Shown one piece after another: positions 39,597 to 51,834 of a stretch of DNA of 64,000 nucleotides. Location: assembly GCA_964016885.1 (NCBI GenBank), contig OZ024744.1, positions 68,386,001 through 68,450,000 of the forward strand, written 5' to 3'. The translations under genes and the position numbers were made by a program. This DNA comes from Eledone cirrhosa. Lineage: Eukaryota. Within the stretch, counting starts at the first letter, position 1. Each line of letters begins with the position of its first letter. The notes under the pieces were generated by a model, which was not told the DNA's origin, did no database searches, and saw nothing but the letters and a program-made list of their open reading frames with translations.

Positions 39597-42500
39597 TTAC
39601 AGACACATACTCAGAGAAGGCCCATTCATTCGGGCCATACTTGCTTCTCTCACCCATCTTTCAACAAAATGCTGGGAAGAGAGCACTTCCCTCTCTACCC
39701 TGATTTTCCTTTTCAAATGAAATTTGAAAAAGTTAATCAGGGCATCACCGAAGAGGTAAGTGCTCGTCTTCAGCCCTTTCAAACGTGTCCACCATACTAT
39801 CTCTTTCGCCATGGCCACCAGACAGATAAAAACTGCCTACCCTTCCCGGCAAAAGGAAGGGGGCGGGGCAATCCTCACGATGGACTCAGCTGATAGCTGG
39901 ATCCGTCCTACACGTGACAGCAGGTGTTCGACATAAACCCACAAGTCAGCAATGCTCGGACACTGGACGAGTGCGTGCAGGACGGTTTCGTCGCCCTGCG
40001 CGCATCTCGGACATGCCCGGCTGACGGAACCTCCATGCCTGTAGAGTTTATCCCGAACTGGCAAGGCTCCTCGGTAGCACTGCCAGGCCAGGGATTTCTG
40101 GAAGTTGTCCATAGGCCCCGGCCCGAAAGTCCTTCCGAAGAGATTGGCTAGTTGATTTTCGTCGACGCCTAGAGTTTCTCCAAGTACGTCGTCGCTCTTC
40201 CCCTCCACTAATCCCCTATAGAACGCCAAGGTGGAGTTTCCACCGATCACATTGCCCGATTGGTCGAGGGCAGTGAGCGCCTGAAGACATTCCAGTCTCC
40301 AAGCGCTCCCTCTCGGTCTTCGCTTGACCCAGGACTGCAGCTCCGTCAAGGAGACGAGCTGGGGAAAAACGTGTCTAGCAAACGGCGACCACACCTGATC
40401 ACCGTCGAGGAAGAGGTGGAGATGTCGTAGCCTGAGCGCGTGTCTGCGCATCATCAGCCACGGCATGCCCAGCCCTCCACGTAGCGGGTGTTGACAGCAG
40501 ATGGACCGCCTGACCATCGGAGCGCGTCCCTTCCACAAGAAGCGAAAGAGCAAACGCTCCAGCGCAGTCAGGCGGGGCTTAGGACAAGGTACGACGGTCA
40601 GGCAGTAGTAGATGACGGACGCGATGTACGCGTTAGCCACCTCCGCTCGACCTTTCAGGGATAGCTTCCTCTCCGCCCATTTCTGGGTGAGAGAAGCCAC
40701 CCTGTTCGTCACCTCGTCCCAGTTATTGTCCGTCTGGAGGTCTGGACCGAACCAGACCCCTAGCAATTTAACCGGTCCGTCTGTCCAGCGCCCGACGACG
40801 CTGTTGGACGGCATGGACCTGCCTCTCCAGGTGCCGAGTTGCAGGCCCACTGACTTTTCCTGGTTGATCATTGCTCCTGTCACCGCTTCGTATTCTCTTA
40901 GTGTAGTACAGATCGCCTCGATGTGTTTGGCGTTCGACACCACTACGGTGACATCGTCGGCATATGCTGACACGGATCTTCCGCATCCTAGTTCGCGCGG
41001 GACCCCCCTCAACGTCTCCAGTTTGTGCAGTAATGGCTCGAGAGTCAATACGTACGATAGGGACGAGAGGGGACATCCTTGGCGGACCGAGCGCATGATA
41101 TTGAACGGTTCCGAAAGGTGACCGTTCACTCTCACTACAGAGCAGATGTCGCTGTGCATGGCAGCGATCCAGCCTCTGAAGACGGGCCCAAAGCCAGCCG
41201 CCCTCAGGACTGCCGCTAGGTAACGATGGTCGACCCTATCGAAGGCTTTCGACTGATCTAAATTGATCAAAGACTCACCCGTGCCAGGTTCCCTAGCTAC
41301 CCTCTCTACGATGTATCGCATGAGGTGGAGGTTGTCGTGGATGGATCTGTCGGGAATGGCGCATGTCTGTGCCTCTCCCACCAGACCACCAACGACAAGC
41401 GCCAACCTCTTTGCTAGCACCTTGGCCAAAATCTTGAACTCTGTGTTTAGCAGAGTTATGGGCCTAAAATTATCTATGTTATCCCCCTTGTTCGGATCCT
41501 TTCTCAGCAGCGCCACCGCTCCTCGGCTCACAGAGCTGGGAATTCTCCCGTTCTGTTGCCAGTTGCAGTAGACGTCCGCCAAGAGGCCTCCGAACAAGTT
41601 TGGCATTTGTACGTAAAGTTCATAGGGCAGACCATCTAAACCAGGCGATTTACCCCTTGTGCAACTAGTCATTGCATCCCGTACTTCAGCGGTTGTTATC
41701 GGCTTTTCGCAACACTCCGCCTCAGTGGCCGAAAGCCGCGGCAGTCCGTCGAGGTAGACACTAAAGTCCATCCCTCGATCCGGCCCGCCACTGCCCCCGA
41801 ACAGTTGAGCGAAGTGTCGCTGAAAAGCTTCACACATTTGCCCGGGATCGAGTAGCATGCGCCCGTCGTGGTCCACCAAAGACCGGATCGTGGCTTTGTT
41901 GCCACGACGCGCCTCTGCCACTCGGGCCCATTGAACGGCTTTCGTCCCCTCGTGTCTGAGAGCACGCACCCTAGCTCTGACAACGCAGCCTTCGTGCTTT
42001 GCATTGAAGAATTGGTCAAGGGCCAATTTCGCCGCAAGTACGTCGGTCGCGATGCCTTTGCTAAGCGCCTCATCTAATTTTCTAACTAATTCTCCCTCTG
42101 CTCTATTTTTCTCTATTGCTAAAGTCTTACTAAACCTAATGGACTCTATTCTAATTGCTCTTTTCAGAGCAAACCACCACTTGTTGTTGACGATGGCCCC
42201 CGTCAACGCCCGCTTAACTAGTTCGCTAATCCGGTCTCTGTAGGCCTTGCGCGCTGGTAAGGACGCGTTTAGCTTCCAGTAGCCGGGTCCTCGTCTATGA
42301 AGCCTATCTAAGTCAAGCACACAGATCACGAATTTGTGGTCCGTGTAGCTGACTATCTTGAATTGTGGACAGCCTATGCTAGACCTATCTATTTCCCTAC
42401 ACAATACTCTATCTAGATATGATCTGGATGACCCTATGCGATCTGTCCAAGTCCACATTGGTACATTCGGGAAATCCATTCGGTACCTGTCAGACAGTTC

Positions 42501-43016
42501 AAAACGTCTGAGCAGGTTGGTGAGACTCTTGCACCCTCCTTCCCTATCCACTAATCCCACACAATCCCAGCGTGCATCTAAGATCCCGTTTCAGTCGCCC
42601 ACTAACACTAAAGAGCGGGACGTTCCAAGAAAGGTCTCCAGACACCGGAAGAAATCAGGCCGCCCTGCTCCTGTCGGGGCATAGACGGCCACTAACCTGA
42701 AAGCTTGGCCGTCTCCGCTGGTCACGTCCAGCACCACCAACTTACCTTCTGGGTCCAGGAAGATGGCCCGTATGGCAAGATCCAAACCTCTCCGAAAAAG
42801 CACAGCCACTCCTCCCCCCGATCCCGGACGGCTGGGAGATGCGTACACAACGTAGCCGCCGAAGATCGGTGCGAAAGTTTGTGCTTCGGAGATTCTGGTC
42901 TTGCTGATGGCCACTACATCTATGTTTAGTGACCTGAGGTCGTTGAGCAGGTGGCCCTGCTTCCATGACGACCCCAAGCCACGCGCATTTATGCTGCCTA
43001 TTCTGTGTGAGGTCAT
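39597..43016 (-). pseudogene. Tx1-like ORF2 (APE endonuclease, RT, zinc knuckle), ~1139 codons with two in-frame stops
   Basis: SINARGL, VYAP, VGD*N, SYLDRV, TDH, GYWKLN, KSPGLDG, FRPITLLN, DQSKAFDRV, VRQGCPLS, YADD, CPRC...ETVLHALVQC. Stops at 42591-42593 and 39837-39839; all three pieces share a frame. Confidence 0.92.
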
Positions 43017-43050
43017 GTTGAAAAGGAGTGGAAAAGATGGGAAAGACCAC

Positions 43051-45020
43051 TTACCTTACTTCTCGTAGGGGAAGGACGGTTTTTCCATCCTTTTCACTGC
43101 TTGTGGCCTCCTCAGGAAGGATGTCCTTATAAATCCTCCTGGAGAGTGCTTGTCGGAAGTCTCCGATGTCTTTGGGGAATTTTTGTTTTAGTGTCATGTA
43201 CGTTTTCTGTGTGATGCGAGTGATTTGTATGTGTGGAGGTGGTGTGAATTTTGGGGTTGTTGTGTAGTCTTTTTCTGTGATGCTGGTGTTGTGTTGGATG
43301 TAGTGTAATAATTGCTTGTTGTTCAAATTTAATGCTGTGTAGTGTGTATCGTTTTGGTTGTTTTGTTTTGTTTGCGTTTGTTGTGGGTTTGTTTCTGTTT
43401 CGCATTTTGGTGACTTTTGTGGTGTAGGTGATGGTGGTGTTGGGGTTAATGATGGTGATGGTGTTGGTGTTTGGGTTGATGGGGTTGGTGATGCTGGTGT
43501 GGATGGTGGCATATCTGTCCTAATTTTTTTGTTTCTTAATTTTTTTGTTTCCCTCTGTATTTTGTTTTTGGAGGGGGAAGGAAGAGAATTTTTTCTTTTT
43601 TGGTTTCTTTTTTTTTTCCGGATATCGTTTCCCACTCCTCGTCGTCACAATCTGTCTCCAGTTGTGATAGGCCGGGGAGTGGAAAATCCTCCACAGGCGT
43701 TAGTTTATGTTGTGGCGTGGTGGATGGTGTAGGCGCTGGTGCTAGTTCTGAAGCGTTGGGTGGTGGTGGTGTTGGTTTTGCTACTGTTGCTGGGGTTGTT
43801 GCTGTTATAGTTGCTTCTGTTGTTGCTGCTACAGTTGTTGCTGCCATCTCTGCTACTGGTGGTGTTGATGGTTGTGTCACTGGGGTGGGTAGGAGAGGTG
43901 GCCTCAACCTTTTAGCCTGAGGGCAGAAAGCCCTTAGGTGGGTTCCTTCACCACAAACCACACACCTAGGTCTTCTGCCCTCGACAATTACCGTGAGGTG
44001 GCTGCCGTCAGTGAGGTCTATTACCTCTGGGATCTCCTCAATGCTTTTTTGGTCCGCTTGGATCAGGAGCTCCATCCCAGATCCGGACCAGTTCTCCTGC
44101 TTTTCTTTTGCTATTGCTATTATTTTCGTGTTGGCTTCGATGCCGGCGAGGACAGCCGCTATTAGCCAGGGAATTTCGATGGCCGGTGGAACGTGGGTCA
44201 TCCTGATCTTTACGAGTCTCTGGCCTCAATAGCTTGGGACGAGTGTGAAGTCGTCACTTCTTAATGGGGCCATGGAGTGTTCTCTAGCCTCCTCTGGTGT
44301 TTCAAAGAACACGTCCACGGTTCCATACTTTTGCCCACGTCTGATGTGGGTTTTTCTTGCCCACACATGTCCCAAAGCTTTTTGGATTTGGGACTCGGAT
44401 GCCCGTTCCACTCGGCGCGATTTTACATTTATTGTTCTATACGACACGGTGCATAGGCGCCGATGCTCCATTTTATTAGGTGGGGGTGGGGGTGAGGTGA
44501 GGCTGACCCTGTACCCATCTTTCTTTACCATTTGTTTGGCATTTTCGAAATCCTCCTGAGTTACCGTAAATGCTTCGAACTGTTTTGCTACTCTGGCGAA
44601 ACTGAGGGGGGTTTTTATAATGTCATTGTTGTTGTTGTTGCTATCGTTAATATTAATTTTAGTTTCAGTTGTGGTGGTGGTGACGTCAGTCGTCTTTGGT
44701 GGGGAAGAGTCCATTTTGCTTGATTTCATTTCGACATCACGAGTTAATTTATTTTTTTCTTCTTTTGTTTCTGTTGTCGCGGTGGTGGTGGTGGTGGTGG
44801 TGGTTGTCGCGGTGGTGGTGGTGGTGGAGGCTTTAACACCTGCAGTCATTGGTAATGGCGGGAAATGAATGTCTGCCTGAGACAAATTTAAAATATTGCT
44901 AGTGCTTATATTTTTTTTTGTGTTGGCAAACGTAGTAACATTTACAATGGTGGTGTCGGTGTGAGGTGTTAATTTGTGAGGAAGGCTTTCAGCTGCTTCG
45001 TGCAGAGGTGAATTAGCCAT
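43051..45020 (-). pseudogene. Tx1-like ORF1 (gag-like, CCHC knuckle, Pro/Thr-rich tail)
   Basis: ATG at 45020; CVVCGEGTHLRAFC knuckle; in-frame stop at 44226-44228; frameshift near the T-run at ~43610. Confidence 0.8.
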
Positions 45021-45274
45021 TTTTTTCAAAGAAATTTTTTTGATAATAATAAAAGTTTAAATTTTGGGCACAAGGCCCCAATCTTTTTGGGTGTCCTTTT
45101 CGGAAAACAATGTATGTGCGTTTATAAACAGTTAACAATAAAATTTTCCATAAATGACAATTTTTAACAAACGGAAATAACAAACCTTTGCGGAGCTCAC
45201 GATGATACGATTTACTACGTAGGTCGCCAATAATAATAATAATAATAATAATAATAAAGTATAGTATAAAAAGT

Positions 45275-45522
45275 ATAGTATGCAAAGAAAGTATAGTATA
45301 AAATCAACAAGTGACATAGACATGCTGATAGAAATAATCCAGCAAAAAGTGTCGGCCAAAGCTGCTCGTATAAGGCACTTTGAAAAACGATCTAGATTCT
45401 ATAAGGACAATAATATGTTCAAAAACAACCAAAGAAACTTCTACAGAAAAATTGGTAAGTCAACAATAACTGCTAAATGAACACCACCCAAGGGGGAAGT
45501 GCAAGAATTCTGGGAAAAGATC
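45275..45522 (+). mobile_element. Internal fragment of the Dong-like element 3 family
   Basis: KYSIKSTSDIDMLIEIIQQKVSAKAARIRHFEKRSRFYKDNNMF closely matches 36535-36772. Confidence 0.9.
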
Positions 45523-45525
45523 GCC

Positions 45526-45581
<56 letters not shown>

Positions 45582-45582
<1 letters not shown>

Positions 45583-45965
45583 TTCTTTATTAGCCACACA
45601 GGGCGCACATGAAGGAAACATTAAAGACGATACAGTGTGGGTTTTTCTTTGTGTAAAATAAAATTTACAAACGAGACTAAGAAAATAAACATTTAAAACA
45701 AACATAACAACCTCCCTCAAAGTTGAGGAGACTCTAAAGGTCAATCGTGTAGAAATCCCACAAAAGCCAGTCATCTTGTTCGCTAGGGCTGCCCTTTCCC
45801 AGTCTTTCTACTCCAATCTACAGGCATATGCTCAAGGCAGGCCCATTCACATGGACCATGTTCGACACTCTCACCCACCTTTCAACAAACTAGTTGGAAG
45901 GCAGCACTTCCCTCTCCACCCTGATTTTCCTCTGCAAGTGAAATCTGAAAAAGTTAATCAGTGTT
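45582..45965 (-). mobile_element. 3' fragment of a related Tx1 family abutting (TAA)n
   Basis: ctttcaacaaa...agcacttccctctccaccctgattttcct...gaaaaagttaatcag resembles 39658-39740; aataaa lies next to the repeat. Confidence 0.8.
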
Positions 45966-46079
45966 TCTGTATATCCATTAATGCCAAAACTCATTACTAT
46001 TGCAGCCTCTGAACTATTTTCGCTTCCTATTTTTATTTAGCAATTACAAGAAATAATAATATTATTAATAATATAAATA

Positions 46080-46265
46080 GGTGGTGGATTGGCAGTATCG
46101 GTAGAGGGTCGGACGCCATGCTTTGACGCATAGAGTTACGGCCCTTGCCATTCTGAGTTCAAATCCCGCCGAGTTTAACTTTGCCTTTCATCCTTACGGG
46201 GTCGATAAAATAAAGTACCAGTAATACACTGGGTAATTGCTGGCCTTGTGCCTAACGTAGAAACA
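46080..46265 (+). mobile_element. tRNA-derived SINE
   Basis: ggtggtggattggcagtatcggtagag...gagttcaaatcccgcc...ggccttgtgcctaacgtagaaa. Confidence 0.9.
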
Positions 46266-46344
46266 ATTATTAATAATATAAATAGGGAGACACAAAGCAG
46301 GCTTAGTTTACAAACAGTAAGCGAATTTGAAAATTAGTATTTAC

Positions 46345-46562
46345 GCCGTATTTGACTAAATAGAATTAGTCTGTTGGTTGGGATTTAAAAAAACCCTCTG
46401 AATGGAAAAAAGGATTAGTATCGACGTACATGGGACAGGAACCCACATATAGGGTTATATGTGGGTTCGTGTCCCATTTACGTCAATACTCATCCTTTTT
46501 TCCATTGATAGGGTTTTTTTAAATTCCAACTAACATACTAATTCTATTTAGTCAAATAAGGC
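46345..46562. repeat. ~218-bp near-perfect hairpin (MITE-like fold-back)
   Basis: tatttgactaaatagaattagt...gaacccacatata ggg ttatatgtgggttc...actaattctatttagtcaaata. Confidence 0.85.
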
Positions 46563-46590
46563 CTCAGCGCACGTTAATAATAATAATAAT

Positions 46591-46953
46591 TGTTTCTACT
46601 TTTGGCACAAGGCCAGCAATTATTCCAGTACATTACTGGTACTTTATTTTATCGACCCTGTAAGGATGAAAGGCAAAGTTAACCTCGGCGGGATTTGAAC
46701 TATGAATGGCAAGGGCCATAACTCTATGCGTCAAAGCATGGCGTCCGACCCCCTATAATAATAATGGTTTCTTATATAGGCACAAGGCCAGTAATTTGGG
46801 GGAGGGGAAAGTCGATTAAATCGACTCCAGTGCGTGACTGGTACTTTATTTTATCGACCCCATAAGGATGAAAGGCAAAGTCAACCTCGGCGGGATTTGA
46901 GCTCAGATCATAAAGAGCCATAACTCTATGCGTCAAAGCATGGCGTCCGACCC
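46591..46953 (-). mobile_element. Two tandem tRNA-derived SINE copies
   Basis: ~46591-46752 and ~46787-46953 are reverse complements of the SINE consensus, separated by (AAT)n. Confidence 0.88.
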
Positions 46954-47163
46954 TCTATAATAATAATAAAATACGTAAGAGGCATGAACATATATTAAAC
47001 TGCTGTAGCAAAATGGAACATTCCATTAATTGATGTTAAATATCTCAGTAGATAAACAAACAATGAATTGAAATAAGATATGATAAAGTCCGAATCAAGC
47101 TGTGTCCATCCATAATAAAACAGTCTTCATCAATTCCGTTGAACACACGTACAAGCCCATATA

Positions 47164-47217
<54 letters not shown>

Positions 47218-47227
47218 AACCAGTAAG

Positions 47228-47321
47228 ACCCCGACAGCTGAGCTCAAGCCGTTTCGACGGCTAATTCTGGACTAAATGAACATTTATCCTGGTATTTAAA
47301 TAGCCGATCTTCTCAAGGGGT
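47228..47321 (-). ncRNA. Hammerhead, U3:A8 core variant (inverted copy)
   Basis: Reverse complement of 49007-49100. Confidence 0.7.
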
Positions 47322-47686
47322 AATTCCATATATGGTCAAAGTGATTGTCAAAAATCAGTAGTAATTCTGTGGTTGCAAATTAGTAGGGGAGATGGTGGCT
47401 AAACCTGCCAGTAGGAGAAAGAGGGGAGGGGGTGGAGTAGACCCAATCAAGCGTTGGTAGTGCCAGCTACAGCTGGGCATGAGGTCAAAGAAGATACAGG
47501 GGAGGGGGAGGGGGAGGAAGTCGGAACGGTAGGTAGAACAATGGGGGGTAGAAATAGGAAAGAAAAAATACTGAGAGTGAAGAAAAGCAAATAAGTGTAA
47601 AGAAAAAAGTAAAGTAAATTAAATTCTACGACCTAGGTGTCAGGCTATTGTTAGGCGAGAATAAAATAAAGAAAGAAAGAAAGAAG

Positions 47687-47717
<31 letters not shown>

Positions 47718-49006
47718 GGAAATAAGTAAAAGAACTAGGTGGGACGAATTAGGCAAGGACCCTTTTAAGAGGTATAAGTACGTAAATGATACGGTGACTG
47801 GTCAACAAAAGGGGCCAAAATACTAAAGAGACTACCACGAAATAAACAATAAAGGTTTCCATCCCGGGCCAGCAACGACCCAGTGCAGCAAAGTGAACTT
47901 GTACGAGATAATAATTCTGAGTCCCGAGAAAAATATATACTAATGCTAACTCTAAAAGATCTAAAACAAGCTACATGAAAGTTCGTACGAAATAAAGGTA
48001 GAATACGGAGAAATAAATTCAGAATCCACCCCGCCCAGAAGAAAAGCGAAGCAAGAAATACTGAAACGAAAAAATAAGGCATAAGTGCCACTAAGAAATA
48101 TAGAGGGCACAGAGAATAGTGGGAGCGGTCGGAAAAAGGGGGCAAGTATCCGGGGTCTAAGCCAACTGCTATAAAGGGCGGAGTCCGCCAAATCTATCAA
48201 AGACTAGGGGAGGGGGGAGGGGGGAGTGGGGGTACTAAGGCTACATGGGGCCAAAGGGCAGCCTCGGGTGGGCGAGAAAAGACGCCGACAAAGGAGAAGA
48301 GCTGGGGTAGAAGGACAAAGTAGAAGGACATGTAGCTTGGACAAAGTAGAAGGACATGTAGCTTGTTTTAGATCTTTTAGAGTTAGCATTAGTATATATT
48401 TTTCTCGGGACTCAGAATTATTATCTCGTACAAGTTCACTTTGCTGCACTGGGTCGTTGCTGGCCCGGGATGGAAACCTTTATTGTTTATTTCGTGGTAG
48501 TCTCTTTAGTATTTTGGCCCCTTTTGTTGACCAGTCACCGTATCATTTACGTACTTATACCTCTTAAAAGGGTCCTTGCCTAATTCGTCCCACCTAGTTC
48601 TTTTACTTATTTCCTTATTTATTTATTTATTTATTTATTTACTTCTTTCTTTCTTTCTTTATTTTATTCTCGCCTAACAATAGCCTGACACCTAGGTCGT
48701 AGAATTTAATTTACTTTACTTTTTTCTTTACACTTATTTGCTTTTCTTCACTCTCAGTATTTTTTCTTTCCTATTTCTACCCCCCATTGTTCTACCTACC
48801 GTTCCGACTTCCTCCCCCTCCCCCTCCCCTGTATCTTCTTTGACCTCATGCCCAGCTGTAGCTGGCACTACCAACGCTTGATTGGGTCTACTCCACCCCC
48901 TCCCCTCTTTCTCCTACTGGCAGGTTTAGCCACCATCTCCCCTACTAATTTGCAACCACAGAATTACTACTGATTTTTGACAATCACTTTGACCATATAT
49001 GGAATT

Positions 49007-49100
49007 ACCCCTTGAGAAGATCGGCTATTTAAATACCAGGATAAATGTTCATTTAGTCCAGAATTAGCCGTCGAAACGGCTTGAGCTCAGCTGTCGGGGT
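49007..49100 (+). ncRNA. Type I hammerhead ribozyme with a U3:A8 compensatory core
   Basis: acccc-TTGAGAA-gatcggcta...tagccgtc-GAAA-cggct tgagctc agctg-TC-ggggt. All three stems pair; GUC site at 49093-49095. Confidence 0.72.
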
Positions 49101-49292
49101 CTTACTGGTTCCTATTACCCACTCTACTACCTCAAGTATTGAGTACTTTGGTGCGTTATGGTCCACCTGGTTCCTTACCACATTTCCTTCGTTATATATA
49201 TATATATATATATATACTGTATATATATGTATACACACACTCCCATAAAATACACACGCACACACACACACATACATACATACATACATACA

Positions 49293-49328
<36 letters not shown>

Positions 49329-49342
49329 TATACACACATACA

Positions 49343-49396
<54 letters not shown>

Positions 49397-49684
49397 GTCT
49401 CACGAAACACACAGACATGAGTGATTTTAGGTGTGTAGTACTCGTTATTTTCTGACTTATGTCACTGACTTCAACGACCTGCATGCCCTTCGGTAACATA
49501 ACTACGACGTCAACAACAGCCACAACATAAACAGTAGCATTAGCTGTAACACCACTATTAATGTCTTTATTTTATCTGCTGCCAAGGTGCATTCATTCAA
49601 TATGATTATATTACAAAAGAGTTGCAAAACATGAGCGAATATCACACATTGTTATACACACACACACCGACACACACACCTGTA

Positions 49685-49726
<42 letters not shown>

Positions 49727-49729
<3 letters not shown>

Positions 49730-49843
49730 GTTGCCTCCCCCCCCCCAAAAAAAAATGTATACATATATCTATTACAATGGTGTTGAAGTGTGTATAAATA
49801 TTTTTTTGGCGGAGGGGTGGGGGTGGGGGTGGGTCACACTCTG
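49727..49843. mobile_element. Small Tc1/mariner-type MITE remnant
   Basis: TA-caggttg...ccaaaaaaaaatgtatac and gtataaatatttttttgg...cactctg-TA form imperfect TIRs with TA flanks. Confidence 0.5.
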
Positions 49844-49857
49844 TATATGTATATATA

Positions 49858-50157
49858 TGAAATAAACGTTAAGGTAGATGTTATATAATCGTATTTATTG
49901 GATAATACGTATTTCAGTAACACCAGTGTGAAACTCTTATACGATCATTACTACAGCAACCGGCATCAATGTGACATCATCATATATTAACACAATTAGG
50001 TGAAGGATTTGATAGGTCACACACAGGCGCTTCCATATTTGTCATAGTCAAGTGTTCGCTGTTGTAACAATTGCATAACAGCTCCACACAGGTGTCACTA
50101 AAATACATATTATCCAATAAATAATTATGTAATATTTGTATGAACGTTTATTTCATA
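49858..50157. repeat. Old ~300-bp fold-back element
   Basis: tgaaataaacgtt...tatttattggataata..tatttcagtaacacc vs ggtgtcactaaaatacatattatccaataaata...aacgtttatttca. Confidence 0.65.
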
Positions 50158-50779
50158 CATGGAGACTATGTCATGTTTGATCGCTATCATTGTGCTGAAT
50201 AGACACGACTGACGTGGAGTGTTTTTACCTGAACGAGGCGTCACAACACAACTCTTACGGATTGGTAAACACACACATATATATATATATATATACCGTT
50301 ACTTGGAGTAAGACAAATTATGCTATATATCAAGACCTTAGAAATGGGCCCTTATAAATATCTAAACCTCAGATAAATTAGACAAAATGAATAAATAGAT
50401 AAATATCTAAATATAAATAGATGAACATAAACTAAAACAAAATGAGATCCCACACTCACTCAAGCTATCCATGACTCAGGTACTGGAAAGTAATTAGTGC
50501 ATCTAAAATTACCTGTGAGTATCCCCTCTGTTAAAGGAAGCCAGAATATATTATCCCTGCTCCTTCTCTGGATGTGTTAGTTTCAGGTGGTTTCAGGTTT
50601 ATAATAAGTCATTGGTTCTTAACCTTTTTCAATATGCCCCACCAAGTCTTTTTCAATTTTTATCCAGCTTGGAAATTTCCCCCTCTTATTCTTTTCATTT
50701 ACTTTTTTTTTTATGTTAACAGAACTGGTATAGCCAGTAGTTGGGGTACCACTCATGACGCTTTTGCTGTTAGTTGTCA

Positions 50780-51010
50780 CCATTGGTATCTTTTCTCCGT
50801 CATGCGTAGCAGGGTCTATGTGTTGTAACCAGTCCAGTCTTTGATGTTGTTGGACCAGGACTTTCTTTGTCTGCCTTTCCTTAGCCCTCTCTCGACAGTG
50901 CCCTGACGGATGGTTTCGGACAAGGAGTTGTGGCGGGATATATAACCATACCAGGAAAGCTTCCGTTTTTCACTATGTAAGGAGTGTTTCCTGTATATCA
51001 GCATATTTGT
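50780..51010 (-). mobile_element. RTE-clade 3' ORF fragment
   Basis: KRKLSWYGYISRHNSLSETIRQGTVERGLRKGRQRKSWSNNIKDWTG. Confidence 0.8.
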
Positions 51011-51326
51011 TAACTTGTTGCTTGACAAAGCTGTTTATTAATAAATCATCAGTAATTTATAGAGTAAATTAGGTAGATTAGACTAAATCTTACAAAACCC
51101 AAGATGTGAGTGAAGTTACTTAGCTACGCCATGATCTTGTATCATAATAAATTATTTAATATAGGCAAATTCACTAATGCTACATAACAAACAAACCAAA
51201 TAACTATCAATAGAAACCTTGTGACTGATATTGACATAGAAGCTGCTTGTAGTTTGTCAATATGAAGCGTACATTTATCTCTAATTTATTTCACTTCTTA
51301 TAACATAACAAATCAAATAACTACAA

Positions 51327-51643
51327 CAGTGGTGCCCAACCTTTTGTGTCCCATGTCCCACCTCAACATCTCAAATATTTTTATGCCCCACTTTGATATA
51401 AAAACAGCGATGATCAACTACAAAGTGTAAACATATTGACGTATGGGTGATGTCAGATGTACAATAACGCGTAGAGGAGGTGAGACAGGAGTTTCTGACA
51501 GTAGTTTGTTCCAAAGTTGCCTTGGTGTAAAAGTAATAAGATAAAACCTGAAGTTTGCTCTCATTAACATCATTTTTAAATTGACCCCTTGAATATTTAA
51601 ATTTCTCCCCTGTGGGGCGTGCGCCCCACGTTGGGAATCACTG
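51327..51643. mobile_element. hAT (Charlie/Buster-type) MITE
   Basis: TIRs cagtggtgcccaac / gttgggaatcactg; 8-bp TSD aactacaa / aactacac with central TA. Confidence 0.8.
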
Positions 51644-51834
51644 AACTACACAGAATAATAATGGAACTGGTGGAATAGATTTCAGCATAGACTGAGCTTA
51701 CAGTATGTTTGTACACAACTTCTTCAGGAAGTTAAAATATCCCATGATACGATGTAGTATTTTGACAAATTTCTCACACCCCGCCCAACTATGCCGAAGC
51801 TCTGATAGGTCCTGCTGGCTCTCTGTTGCTACAT

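Larger units (their letters stand above)
39353..45228 (-). mobile_element. Near full-length Tx1/L1-clade LINE flanked by (TAA)n
   Basis: 5' UTR from 45228; ORF1 with a CCHC knuckle; ORF2 with APE-RT-CCHC; 3' aataaa signal next to (TTA)n. (AAT)n arrays lie at 39309-39352 and 45229-45257. Confidence 0.93.
47214..49195 (+). mobile_element. Penelope-like non-coding element forming a 1.9-kb palindrome (arms 47214-47977 and 48355-49115) in (TA)n
   Basis: The arms are near-identical reverse complements with a hammerhead in each. A unique 3' tail at 49115-49195 is shared with 1487-1655 and 60568-60770. Confidence 0.75.

Noticed and set aside
39837-44228. In-frame TGA/TAG in the Tx1 ORFs (and the TAA in Dong-3) as readthrough or selenocysteine codons
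   Set aside because: The stop types are mixed and fall where single substitutions explain them (e.g. VGD-W-N, TGG to TGA); no SECIS evidence was seen.
40612-44868. Plus-strand ORFs overlapping the Tx1 element
   Set aside because: Antisense shadows of GC-rich coding sequence.
47765-48567. Mirror ORFs 47765..48145(-) and 48226..48567(+)
   Set aside because: They arise from the palindrome arms and contain no recognisable RT or GIY-YIG motif.
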